A stretch of DNA of 64,000 nt from Chrysomallon squamiferum (GCA_012295275.1 CM022665.1:23870001-23934000), one strand, 5' to 3'. Counted from the stretch's first letter, positions 42,953 to 56,510 are shown. Notes: generated by a model not told the origin, from the sequence alone. A program made the numbers and translations.

Positions 42953-43441
42953 AAGTGACATCCTATTTTCTACAAAACAACTTTCAAAATTTGAAATTAG
43001 CTACAAGTTGAATAGTGATATTAAAGAAAAATAATGGAACTAATTATACTTTCCCTATTATTTAAAAAAAAAAAAAAAAGGATGTGCGTCTGGATATAAC
43101 GTTATTTAGCTGTTTCTATTTATTTATAAACAACAAGTGCATATGCTTGTATGTGTCTGTGCATATACATATAAATTCGTAACAGATTGTGACAATTTTA
43201 ATGAACGTGCAATTTTGTGAACTTGAACATTTCAGGGAAAAGGTTCGTGCTAAATTAAATGAGTGCAACTAAGTTAAATAACAAGCTAAATTCTGTTCTC
43301 AAGACTATCTGATTTTTTTAAGTTTTAAATATGCAGTTGGGCTATGATTGTATTTGCCAAAAAAAAAAAAAAAAAAAAATAAAAATGTATTTCATTCATC
43401 CTTTATTTATTATATTTTTTGTTCCGTTTTGTTTTTTAATT

Positions 43442-43444
<3 letters not shown>

Positions 43445-43506
<62 letters not shown>
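43445..43506. repeat. (AG)n microsatellite in the MTR/STX5 intergenic promoter region
   Basis: Perfect run. Confidence 0.95.
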
Positions 43507-43509
<3 letters not shown>

Positions 43510-43925
43510 CATTTACTACTATCAGTAATCTTAATTTCGTTCATTCAGATCTCCCCACCATACTTTTATGCAATATGTACGTCATATGCATAATAATAAT
43601 AATAATAATAATTTATTAAATCTGAACAAAATTCCTAATTTACTGCTATGTTCTTGGTGTGGGGGGGGGGGGTGTCAAATAACCTGATGATGCTTCTTCT
43701 TAACGTCGATTGCTGGAGATACAAGTTACAATAAATGGTACTATTATAATAACAAACACAATGAATAATGTGGGGTTTTATTATTATTATTATTATTTCA
43801 CTTTTTATGTTTTCTTCTTTTTCTGATTATATGAATGGTTGAAAAAAAAAAAAAAAGTTTTACGTCCTTTGACAGTAGTGAGAAATAGAATTGAGTTGTT
43901 GAGGAAAGATTATTCGAAAGTGATA

Positions 43926-43950
43926 CATGCGCAGTTGTGCGGAAGTGACG
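43926..43950 (+). promoter_or_regulatory. STX5 core promoter: NRF1-like site plus ETS-CRE composite
   Basis: CATGCGCAG (43926-43934) and GCGGAAGTGACG (43939-43950), followed by a probable non-coding exon ending at donor AG|GTTAG (44085). Confidence 0.6.
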
Positions 43951-44549
43951 ATAGTTTGCTTCGTGGACTTGTTGTTTCTTTCGGCAAATACGTTATCAAA
44001 GTTATTTGTTGGTTTTCATTTCCTGTTCATATATATCTGTTATCTGCTGATGAATTTCCGAAATAGTGTTTGATTTCTATTATAGGTTAGATATATAAAG
44101 TTTTATTTCGTATATATGTACATAATCGTTAATATGTTTTATTACATAAAAATGATAAATCGTATACAAACTGAAATTGTTTTGACAACTCCTGACACTT
44201 GACAGTTTTTACATCATCATGATCATATGGTCATATATTGTTCATGCGTATTATGCATTATGTTATAGTATTTACTGTTTGTAGCTGTTACTTAATCACA
44301 CACAAAAAAGAGTTAAATTTAATTGCATATTTAGGTTTCAGTATGAACGTTACTGAACAGATAATCTTAAGGTGTACAACCTAGTACATTTAATATTTTA
44401 TTAAAGTTTAAAAATTTCACAACAGTATAGAATTTACATTCATGTTTATCATCAGATATCAAAATGATAATATTTAATGTTTAATTTATTTTTCAGTGCA
44501 CTTTTTAAAGATAGATTTTGTTTCATGTGATGTCTGAAACAACTCCTAA

Positions 44550-47500
44550 ATGATAGCAAGACGTCGACGAACCAATTCCGGATCAGAAAATCCCCATTCC
44601 TTTTCCAACAATAATATTTACAGTTCTCCAGCAAGGACAAGTGAAGTGCAACGTGTGCAGGCTTCCCCAAAAGCCGCTCACAGTCACATTTTATCAGATC
44701 CAGAAATGACTTGTAGAGACCGTACCAATGAATTCATGTCGGCTGTGAAGTCCTTGCAGTCCAGACAGGTACATTAATTAAAGTATTTTATTGTAATTGT
44801 TTTGGTGCATGAGAATTATGAGTATTAAAGGAATCATCTACATTTTTTACTTACGCTTAAAAGAGTGTTGCTGGACATATTTTTCTTAATACACATTCAG
44901 ATTTGATCATATGGACCATCTGTTTTTTTTAAATTTATTATTATTATTATTAACATTTTTTTATTATGCAATTGATTATTTAAAGTTTTATCAGCTAATA
45001 TTATGTGAACAGTATGTGTGTTGTTTGTGCATTTACACATGTATTACTATTAATTCTCAGGGAAATAATGTTAAATGATTATTACCATTATTGTTTTATC
45101 TTATTTATATACTAACAGTAACACAAACTTTGAGTATACAGAGGTACCTTGACTTATGAGTGCACTAACTTACAAGTTTTCTGAGTTATGAGCAGTTGCC
45201 CACTTGATTTTTTGCTTTGCATTGTGAGCCAAAATCTGAGTTAGGAGCCATCTTTAGAGATGCTGCTGCTAGTTGGTTACCTCACCTTGGAAGCATCTCT
45301 CTTGTTTTGTACAGTGCTTTGAAAATTCTTTTTTTTTCCGTGGATCCTAAGCATTTTCAGTTAGAGCATATTGTCTGATCTTAAAGATAAATACACTTTT
45401 ACAAAACCAATTTATTTCTTTATGTTCTCTTTTATTTTGTTTTTATACAATACTTGACATTTACAAACACACTTTTCTTATTTAAAAACATGTTACAAAA
45501 TTGGGGTGGTTTTTTTGTGGGATGCCATGAATTAATGATATTTCAGTTAATTTCAGTTGGGAAAATTGATTTGATATGAGAGCAAACTGAGTTACAAACT
45601 CAGTCATGGAATGAGTTAAATTATAAGTCAAGGTACCACTGTACTTATAATTTAAAACTCTGTAATGAGTAAGAAAGTTATGGCTGTTTATTTGCTATAA
45701 TAATATAGTGCTTTTCAGAAAGTATTTTTTATCAAATATATCTTTAAAACTTCTACATTGTTTTGCAGGGAAATGGCATTGTTCCTCATTACCGAAACAG
45801 GGATTTGTCTCACAGAAGTAAATTCACAGTAATAGCTAAGTAGGTGTTCATGTAGTCTTGTAATCAAAAACCTGTAATCTGATAATGAATTTCCAAGAAA
45901 GACTGAATTATTCAAAGAGTAATTGATAAATTAATTTCTTTTAAGCAAATTTTAAACTGCATCAAAATTAAAGTGTTATTTATTATTATAATTTTTTTCA
46001 GATAATCAAGATTATATTCCTGAAATACATTTTATTTTCCTGTTTCAGAAAAAAGAAAATATATATTCATTATGTTATTGTTTATTTTCAGACGAATAGG
46101 AAAAGATCTTGCAAATACATTTGCTAAATTGGAAAAACTGACAATATGTAAGTTTAAAAAGAGCTAATTTTTTCATATGTAATAATAAAATAATATTGAG
46201 AACTATATTTTGTTGTGTCACAGACTTAAATAGGACAATTTATAAGCAAAGTTAAGTTTCTTTCAGGATTTTGTAAAAATATAAACTTTTTTATTCATAT
46301 CAGTAATGTGTAACATTGTATATATTTAATTATCATAGGCATTTGAGTTATCTAACTGATGTCAACCATTTAGATAACTGACATCACTATCAACAGTATT
46401 CCATATTTTTGTTTTGAAAAACAGTTTTATGATATAAATTTAAACTTTTATTTTTTTATTTTTATGTGCTGTTGATATAACAAATAAATACCATTCTTTT
46501 TCAGTGGCCAAAAGAAAGTCTTTGTTTAATGACAAGCCTGTCGAAATACAAGAACTCACTTATATCATCAAACAAGATATTAACAGCTTGAACAAACAAA
46601 TTGCAGAGCTCCAAGAGGTAATATCTTATAAAATATTGGTATTGTGTTTTGATTTATGTTGAAAGAAGCATATGGTACAGTTATATGATTTTTCTGTTGT
46701 GCACAAGTTAAAAAAATATAGAGAAATGTAGGGAATTTGAAAAAGTGGTTTGACACCACAGTGCTGAAAGGTACTTTTAAGATGAAGTGGGCTCAGTTGT
46801 AAACAAAACAAGAAATTTGGGATGTCTTGACACATTTTACTCTATGTAATTCTAGCACAGATGGTCTCTATGTTAGAAAAGTGTATCATTCTGACAGTTT
46901 TGTGTAACATGCATATACATAAACATAAGTCATTTTTATTCTTGCCGACTATATTTCAGTTGTATGTAACTGGGAAAAATGTAAAAAGATTTTAATCAGT
47001 AAATGTGTTAATGTTCATATGTTCAGAATTTCAGATCAGGACCCCATTATTCTTGTAACATTGTGTGTTCTTTGTGTTAGTGATAATAAATTATTACTTT
47101 CTTAATATTTTTTTTTTCTTTTTTGATTATACAGCTTGCTCGTGGTCAGAGAAATAAAAATGGCAGTCATGTTCAGACCCATTCCAATTCAGTTGTTGTT
47201 GCCCTTCAGGTAATTACTAAAACAGTTTCATGTAGAATTCTGATTGTCATATATATATTAGTATCATTACTAATTCAGTAGATGATATATAATGATGGTG
47301 TAATGAAAATGTAACAACAAAATTTATTTATTGTAATCTTAAGATTCATACATATTTAAAGACCTTTATTTATTAAATACAATTAAATATTCATGATGTT
47401 TTTGTATTTTATTTAGTGCCAGTTTTTTTTCATTTACAACTGTATGTATATTCAATATTTTATTGCAGTCAAAGCTGGCCACAATGTCTAATGAATTCAA

Positions 47501-49773
47501 ACAAGTATTAGAAGTAAGGACTGAGGTATGTACATGAAGAATATTTTTGTGTATATGTATATTATAATGGACCTTCACTATGCAAAAAAATGCAAAAAAA
47601 GAAAGTTTACACATATTTGTGTAGTTTTAATGACATTGGTTTTTTAAAAATGATTATCAGAACATGAAAGACATATATTTTTTAAAATGTCTTTCACAAG
47701 ATTGACTTTATTTTTGAAAGAATATTTAAAAAATAAGTTTGTTAATGTTTTTCTTTTTTTTTTTTTTTTTTTTTTATTAATTCAGAATTTGAAACATCAA
47801 AAGTCAAGAAGAGAACAGTTTTCTCAAGCTGGTGTATCGTCGTCATTGCCACCGTCAGCTTTAAAGGGCCACAGTGAGTGTGTTTTTTATAACGTTGAAG
47901 TAGATGTGTTTATATATATATATGTTCTTTTATTTTAAGTAAGTCTTAATAGTTAGATTATTTCATTTCATTTCTTTTTTTATTTAATTATTTGTTTATT
48001 TTTCTCTAATTTAAATTTAAAAATGTAATTGGAAGTAACATTATTAAAAAAAATTAATAATAACAACAAACAAACAAAAAATGACAGCTTTCTAAGCAGT
48101 TTATATTAATTAAAATTATTGATTACTAAAACTCCCAAAAAAAGTATTTAAATTTTAAAATATGTATTAATTTATTTAAGATGGGTCAGTTTTACTACAA
48201 GATGAAATGGGTTCTGGCAGTGGTGGTGATGTTTCTATCAATATGGATGGTGCAGGACTTAAATTTCAGGACCAAATGCAAGTTATTGATGAGCAAGTAA
48301 GTATCTACCAGACAATAATTTTTGAGTATGTTTTTAATAGGTACTTAGTTTTTCGTTTAAACCACTTTAGTAGCAAACTGAGCATAAATACTGTAATGAA
48401 AACTGATAACTGTACCTTCACATAAACAAACAAATATCAGTGTATCTTATAATATACTACATACTTACTGCTATGAGGTTGTCACAGTTGGCATTGTCTC
48501 TGTACACTGAGTTTGTTATTCAGTTCCTTCAGTATTACTTTGCAGTGTGATGTCTTTGTTTATAATTCATTTAATGGCAACAACAGTGATGTCAACCAAA
48601 ATATCTGTTTACATTAGAATCTCTACATGTGATGAACATAATTAGAAACATGATTATTCATAACTTAAGTACAAAATGAAATCCTTTGATTAAGTTGATT
48701 ATAGTTAAATTACCTCTTAAATAACATTAGTCAATTTAGTTAAATTGTTTTTTACTTAACATCTTTTTAAAACTGAGTTGCAGACAAGATACATAGCATA
48801 ATTATAATAACATTTTTATTTTTGTCCAATGTAAAAAGTAGCATATGTGGGATGTGTGGCAAAATATGTAGGCAGTCATTAAAATGTTAATCTGATAACA
48901 TTACTATTAAATTTTGAAATTTGGTTTTATTTAAAAATGCATATGATAATTTATCTGAAAAAAAAAAATTATTATTATTGTTTTTTTAATAATTAAAATA
49001 ATTGGAGGATTATATTTTAAAATTAATGTCATGTACACTGGGATTCCATTAATTTATAAATTATTTTAAATGTCCTGTTTTAGGATTCCTATATTCAGAG
49101 TCGTGCAGAGACAATGCAGAATATAGAGTCTACAATAGTTGAACTGGGTTCAATATTTACACAGCTGGCACACATGGTGAAAGAGCAGGAAGAGATGGTT
49201 ACAAGGTGCGTAGATTTTCAAATTGCTTATTAAAGTTTTAACATTATTAAAAATATTTTTAAGTATCCATAGAATTGGATTAATACAGACCTTAAGATTT
49301 GAAAATTATTGATGAAACTGCTGTCCTGGAATTGAGTGAAAGCAATGTGATGGCATCAAGTGTTATGACTTGAAGTCTTTTGGAGTAATTAAATTAGGAA
49401 CAATATTTTTACCTATCAGCATCTACAAATTAAAGCAGTTACTTGCAGCAATCCACTACCTGTTTATTATCATGGTTAAAGAAAACATTTGAAAAAAAAC
49501 AAAAAAAAACATTTTTTTCATTCATTTTATTTTTATGTTTTTTTTTGTTTTTGTTTTTTTTGTTTTTTTTTTCATTATTGTAAAAATTATTTTGGCTTTG
49601 TTTTGCTTTTCAGAATTGACTCACATGTGGAAGACGCACAGTTAAATATTGAAGCAGCACATGGAGAAATTCTAAAATACTTTCAATCAGTGACTTCAAA
49701 CCGATGGCTCATGATAAAAATCTTTGCTGTGCTAATAATATTTTTCATTATATTTGTAGTTGTTATGGCTTAG
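44550..49773 (+). CDS. STX5: Syntaxin-5 (358 aa long form; short form from Met53 at 44706), 10 coding exons
   Basis: Exons 44550-44768, 45769-45839, 46092-46147, 46505-46617, 47135-47209, 47469-47525, 47786-47873, 48181-48296, 49084-49205, 49614-49773. Motifs: Sly1-binding peptide RDRTNEF, KLEKLTILAKRKSLFNDKPVEIQELT, SNARE motif IESTIVELGSIFTQLAHMVKEQEEMV.RID, SNRWLMIKIF plus C-terminal transmembrane helix. Confidence 0.97.
45139..45641. mobile_element. Tigger/pogo-type MITE in an STX5 intron
   Basis: TA|CAGAGGTACCTTGACTTA ... TAAGTCAAGGTACCACTG|TA: 17/18 TIR match, TA TSD, subterminal GAGTTA repeats. Confidence 0.85.
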
Positions 49774-52172
49774 GTAAACAGTATATATTTTTTTCTTTTT
49801 CTGAATTTCACTATTGTATATACCACTTGCTCTTTCGTGAAAACATCAAATCAGTTGTGGGTTGTTCATGCACAGATCAAAGTTAAAAGGTGGTGGATCA
49901 TTTTCTTCTCTAATAAAGCAGCTGAAGTTGTCATCAAATCACTCATGTTTTGCAGGTGTTCTCCCTTCATTCATCAGATTACTTGCTTTGGTGCAGTTTC
50001 TAAAGAAGGCAAAACGTCATTCTACAGTTAATATTTATCTCATTATTTCTATATATATTAAATATAGCATGATCAAATAATCAGTGTTACGGCATGTTCT
50101 GTCAATATTGTTATTGAGATACTGACACTCATTGTAAACAGTTGACACTCTAGGTGATAATGTAACTGTGGAATAAGGCAAACAGACCAAATATAAAATC
50201 TTCAGCTTGCATAAGGAAATACTTTACAGTGAAAGATGATAAGTGACATTCTCTATGTCTGGCTTTAGATTGTGTTGAGATCATATTATTTTTTTCAGAA
50301 CATGACAGAGACCTTTTGATAAAGGCATTTATATGGACTCACAAAGATAATGTGTGAGCTATTTATCTCATAAATAACAGACACTGAAGGGTCTGAGAAA
50401 TGTTCTGTTTTTGTGTTTCAGCTACATGTATTATTTATACATTATTCACGTCTAGTGTTTTTATCATTTTGCATTCTGATTTGTTTATAATGGCTGATCT
50501 TGTGATAACGCAACTTGCATTTTAATCATGCAAAAGTTTTTACAGTTCATACAGAGTTAAAAGTTGAGTGTAAAATGTGACAATTCAAGATAATTTTATC
50601 TGTTCAAAGATAACTGAAAGTTCACAAATTATTTTTATTTTTTTATCTTGACACATGACACAATTTATCTCATAACCAAAATATAGAAAAAAAAGAATTT
50701 TAACTTAAAAGAAATCTTTCTCTGATTGGAAGACCTTTTTTTTAAAAACCTTATTTCATTACTTTCTGTGTAATGAACATTGGTGTGGTATTAAGCTGAT
50801 ACATATTTAACACTGAGAATGATGTAAATATACTTCAGTTTTAATGTTGATGGTCTTATTTGTAATTCATTTCTTACTGTATATGTTGGTCATGACACTT
50901 TATATTCATTTGAAAATAACGTGTTTATGTTTATTTTTAAATAAAATAATAGCTGAAGAAACCAGTGCATCTAAATTATTATTATTTTTGCCAAACATTA
51001 GAGAAACAAAACTTTTCATACACTCACTTTAGGTAATGGTTCATTAATTTTATTTTTGTATACATGCATATAAATTATTGATACTTCTTGGCAGTGGGTT
51101 AAAAAAAAATCGTCATACCTTGATTGTAATATAAAATTATTTAACAGAAGTGAAGCCACAGTGGACATCTGTACATCCTGGCTTTCTTTAAGTAAAATTC
51201 TTTTTCCTTAATATTTAGTGACAGTTCAAATAATAATGAATTAAATAATACAAGCAAGAAAGAAAAAGATTGGAGGGAAATACTGAATTTTAGTTTCATG
51301 GCTTAACTATGAAACTGTCCAGTAGTTTCAGTGTTGCTATTATATAACATAAAATGACTGGTTAGAGCAAATAACACTTCATATTATATGTTTAAAATAA
51401 AAGGACATGCACAACCATAAATAATAATGTATATTAAAAAAATAAAATTTAAAAAATCACATTAAAATTTGAGATTATTATTACTGATATTTTTATCCAT
51501 ATAGACACACATTGATTTTTACAAGTTTCAAACAACACTGTTACCAATAAAGTAATTATAATATAACTAAATGGAAATAAATTATAAGGATACATTTAAC
51601 TACTAGATAACAGAAGAAAAGACATCAGTGATGTTTATTTTAATAACTGTAGTTTCATTGTTTTTAAATATAGTATCTGAAAAACTGTAAATTATTTGTT
51701 TATATTAAGATTTGAGCATTTGTGATTGTAAATAATAAATAGGGGAAAAAAGAAGTATATTTTGATAGTTAATGGCAGTGCTTTTTATCTGTAGCTTGCT
51801 CTGCTGTACTATATGCATTAAGTAATTTAAATTTTGAAAAGGTGTAACTGTTAGAAATTGCTAGTATAAAGAAAGACAAAAAGGAAGAATGAGAGAGTCA
51901 AATGATGGATGTATGGTGTATGTGTCTGTCAATGTGTATGTGAATATTCAGAACAGTTTAGAAAATAATAATTAAATCTCTGGAGATATTTCAGAGATCA
52001 TTTTCTGTATGGTATGTATTTAAAAAATAAATAAATATCAATACAGATGTAGTATTTTAAATATTTTATCTGATCAGACTTTATTGTAAAGTCTGTCATT
52101 TCTGTTACACAATGTTTGTGAAACTTGAATAAATTTGAATAAATGATGTACATTTACTTGGCGATGTTATTG

Positions 52173-52216
<44 letters not shown>

Positions 52217-53305
52217 TTATTTTATATTTGTAGCAGGCAGAAATAAAATATAAATCGTGGACTTAAATGTAACCACTATTGGCTAATCTAATATCTGATT
52301 AAAAATTAAATTGTTACAATAATTAACTGGTAATGGAAAAATCATTACTCCAATATGATTTTCTCTTTGGAAAATACAGATAACTATAACTGTAAATCTT
52401 TTTATCCTGATTTCAGTGATAAAAAAAATTGAATTTGTTGGTCCAATAGTTCCAAAGTTTTGATTTTCTTAATATTTTATTTTTTGGACCTATTCAAGCA
52501 TAATTACTATTTTTAGTTAATCTCAATTTTTAATGGCCCAAGTGAAAATGCTTCTGACAATGCTTATTTCATAATATATCACACTATGTGTTGCAAAGTA
52601 ATATGCATCATAATTTTTTTTTTCTCACGTTTCTGCAAATTGCATTGATACGTGAAGCCAAGGTAAAATCATTCATTTAAGCTATGTCAAAAAACTGAAA
52701 TCTTTGAAAATTCATAGCTTCACTTATACTACAAATATAGTTTTTTTATACCAATTTAATCAGTGAAAAGACTTAGAATATATAAATTAGAAAATCTTAA
52801 ATATCAATATTTGAGGGGGAGGGCATCTTTTTTCTTTTGACAAGTTGCAGTTTTCTTCAGCATTGAGGTTCACTCTTAGTGCTAGTAAAGGCTATAATAA
52901 AAATGACTTGTTGAGTACCCTCTGCCCATGAAAGTGGGGCTCAAAGCACTTTATAATCAGAGTACTTTAAGAACACATTCACAAAAACTGGATGGATACT
53001 GAATTACAATGTAATAATATATATATGTGAATGGAGTAGATAATGAATTTCACTTGGATAAGATTTTACAAGTGACTTTTGAGAAGATTTTCAGATAACC
53101 TATTTGAATGTGGTAATGAACTTTATGAAGCAAATGTCAAAACAAAAAGGAGATAAGGAAATCTGTACTGAGTGACATATTGTTATTATTTAGTATGTGT
53201 GTAGCATGTTTTGAACTAAGTTTCAAATATAACAAGCTTAATTTTCTCCACTAACACAAATTAAACACACTTATTCCATCATCAGTTCCAATATTATTTT
53301 CAAGG

Positions 53306-55058
53306 GCTTACTCCCATCTGGTAGAATTCCCATTTCGTCGAAAGGCTAAATGTGGTTCAGTGATCTTACTGACGTGTATGTTTTTACCTCAGTCATTAGA
53401 ATGAACTGTTCCAGATTATTTGGAAAGCGATTATTATTGCATAAATACAGTAAATTCTCGTTTAACGATATTCCGCTTTAACAATCTTTCTTCTTTACAA
53501 ATTATATAAATAGAAATTTAATAGTTAATTGCTCGAAATAAATGGTACAAATGGATACAATGCACGTTTTTAAGTCCGTTTTCATTCGTTTTTTGATACG
53601 TCATACATGATCATTACATGCATCTGATATTCTGATTCTCTTTTCTCTTCTGCTTCGATTTAGACTTAAACTCGTTTGTAATTTACCCTTCCAATATGTC
53701 AAAACGAAAAACAATATACCGGCAAATGCTGATGATAAAAAGAAACGGAAGACAATATCTTTAGAAACAAAACACATTATCTTAAATGAGACCAAAACCC
53801 ACATAGTTGAACCCATAATGAGCGGCATATAATTATTTCTTAATGTATTTGTATAAATTGATTTGTAAATGATTTACTGTTTACTTAATATCTATAATCT
53901 ATTAAATTATTTATGTCTAAACTGCCGTTTTATTTCTCCTTATTTCACCTTTTTTTGTATGTCAAATTTCACCAGCGAGAAAGTAACCACTGCTTTTAAC
54001 CTTAATTCTATGTAAATTAGTCTCCCGCTTAACGATACCTCACTTAACGATCGGAAATTTGGAACCAATTACATCTTTAATCTGAGGTATTATTGTAGTA
54101 TGGGTATCGCTTATCGTATAAAGTATGCAAATATGACAAATATCGAAATAATCTATGTATCGAATGTAGTGAATGTAAATAATTAAAAAAGAAGGTATTC
54201 ATCTAAAAGTATTCCCAATGATTTGGTCCTTCGTATAAAAATGTTCAGTCATAGCCAATGTATTTGCAGGTCATAATATCTTTTGTTTACATACTATTAA
54301 TATACTATGTCACATATGTTATATAATATGTGCACAATGTGAATATGTATGTGTGCATAACGTAAATATGCTGAGTAACATATATCTTGAACATGGTTAA
54401 GCTGAATATGGTTTAATTCGAACAGTTAATGATAAATGTAACGTTCACATATTCTATTTACTGAATATAAGTGAATTACTCGATTGTAAAATATGTGTTT
54501 TTTAAATTATATTGCTGAATAAAATTAGTTATTTATAATATTTTTGTCGTTTTCTTTTACAGAAGCAAGTCAGGAGAATTAACAAAAAAAAAAAAACATC
54601 GTGTCGCTTTTTTCTTTTCTTTTCTTTTTATTATTATTATTTTTTTAATAGATAGATGAAATTGATGTAAAATTGTTTTGTAACGGAAAGGAAATGTTTA
54701 TGAATTAGAAATGACCATCTTAAATAAAATAATAATAATAATAATAATAATAATATAATAATAACAACAATAATAATAGTAATAATATTATAATAATAAT
54801 AATGTTGATGATTATGATGATGATAATAATGAAAAAAGAAATAAATCTACAACAACAGTGAACGCTTATTCTGCTTTCGGTTGATGTTACATAATCGATT
54901 TAGGAATAATGCACTCCGCCCTCTGTTAGAAAGAAACCAGATGCATGTACAGGCCAAGTTCGTTATATACAGAGGTAATCAGGTATTGCGGTAGATGAGT
55001 ATTTTTCTACGAAATGGGAATTATACGAACTGTGAATTCTACCAGATGGGAAGACACC
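53306..55058. mobile_element. Non-autonomous Mutator-like (MULE) element, about 1.75 kb
   Basis: Inverted termini TCCCATCTGGTAGAATTC(CCATTTCGT) / (ACGAAATGGGAAT)...GAATTCTACCAGATGGGA, flanked by a perfect 9-bp direct repeat TTTTCAAGG (53297-53305; 55059-55067). Confidence 0.72.
53448..54095 (+). mobile_element. Internally deleted Tigger/pogo element nested in the MULE
   Basis: TA|CAGTAAATTCTCGTTTAACGAT with a degenerate right TIR ...GAGGTATTATTG|TA and subterminal TTAACGAT repeats. Remnant frame DDKKKRKTISLETKHIILNE (about 53731-53790) resembles a Tigger/CENP-B N-terminal HTH start. Confidence 0.65.
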
Positions 55059-55136
55059 TTTTCAAGGCACTGCCACAACCGCTGAAAAATATAATGAAAA
55101 GGTAAATGCTACTGACTATTAAGGTTCTTTCTTGAG

Positions 55137-55429
55137 TACTGGTTTTCAACCTTTTTCATACCGCGACCTCTTATGAGCAATTCATTATGACCGATGACCC
55201 CCTTCAAAACTTTTTATTCAATAATATCTAGCATTATCTATATTTGAATCAACCAAAGACAGTACAAAAGGAATCTATATTCACTATGACTGGTCCCAAA
55301 CCTATTTACACGTTTTTATTTATTCCTGCTTCCAAGTCAAGTTGAAAAAAGCTAAAATATACCCTCGCTCAAGAACGATCTCTCGACCCTCAGAAAAAAG
55401 GCTGGCGACCCCCAGGTTGAAAACCTATG
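55137..55429. mobile_element. hAT (Charlie-type) MITE
   Basis: TIR core GGTTTTCAACCT / AGGTTGAAAACC. 8-bp TSD TTCTTGAG / TTCTAGAG, matching the NTCTAGAN target preference of Charlie elements. Confidence 0.78.
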
Positions 55430-55673
55430 TTCTAGAGCTTTAGTGTCAGAATTAAATAAATTATAATGGACCTCGGTGCGCAAAAATGAAGCTGGAATGT
55501 TGTTCAGTAGATTTTGTTTGTACGAAGGAAGCTCATTGAGTTAACCCCGTGAACGTAAAATGTACTGTATGAATCATGTTCACAGTACGGGATAACATTT
55601 GCGCAATAAGCACAACAATAAAGCTTCAGTTATTTACTGCGTTCATATTTTAAATTTTTTTTTTTTTTTTTAA

Positions 55674-55715
<42 letters not shown>

Positions 55716-56442
55716 TGTTATATATATATATTTTAATTTAATTTAATTATTTTATTTATTTAGACAGGACCTCAAAAGTCAGTAAAATTAAATCAAAACA
55801 GTATGTCGGACCACAAATATAGGCGCTTTGGAGTATAATTTTTATCTTTTTTTTAAATTTGTTTTTGTTTTATAATTTTACGTTATGATAAAATAACGTT
55901 TAAGCATGAGCCGCTTCATACAGGACAGTCAGCCAGCTACGTCATACCTGTTTTCAAAACTGTGCACGCTCGGACGCACAGGCAGACCCACGACATAAAA
56001 CGGCATAACCGATGAACCAGACACGCACAGACACGTATATACATATGTTTTTGTTTTTATTTTTATTATGTAAATAAATAAATCCGTACATTATTATTTT
56101 ATTAATTACTGTAATATTTTAGTATTCCTGTCTCATTTTTTTTTTTTTTTTTTTTTGTTGTTGTTGTTGTTGTTGCTGTTTTGTTTTTGTTTTTTTGTTG
56201 TTTTGGGGTGTTTATTATTACTATTTTTTTTTAAGCATCTGTTTTATGTATGTAAATGTGTGTATTTGCAATTCGATACAGCGGCGTAACTGATACCACT
56301 TTGGCTGTGTACACTGACCTTTTGCAAGAATACAGCAAAGCGATGCTGAACTTGACTCAAATTCTGTATTGAAAACTAACACCTTTTTGCATGAGATAAA
56401 CAATGAATGCACATTTGGTCTGGACAGACTGAAAGGAACAGT

Positions 56443-56479
56443 ATGGTAAGTAGTGGGATATATGAATGAATTAACTAAT

Positions 56480-56510
<31 letters not shown>

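Noticed and set aside
42643-43011. 122-aa plus-strand ORF over the MTR promoter
   Set aside because: GTG start, no recognisable domain, and antisense to MTR exon 1 and its leader.
50296-50407. Inverted matches (CAGAACAT/ATGTTCTG, AGACC/GGTCT) with ATGA as a possible SECIS in the STX5 3' region
   Set aside because: No in-frame UGA in STX5 and no proper GA-quartet geometry.
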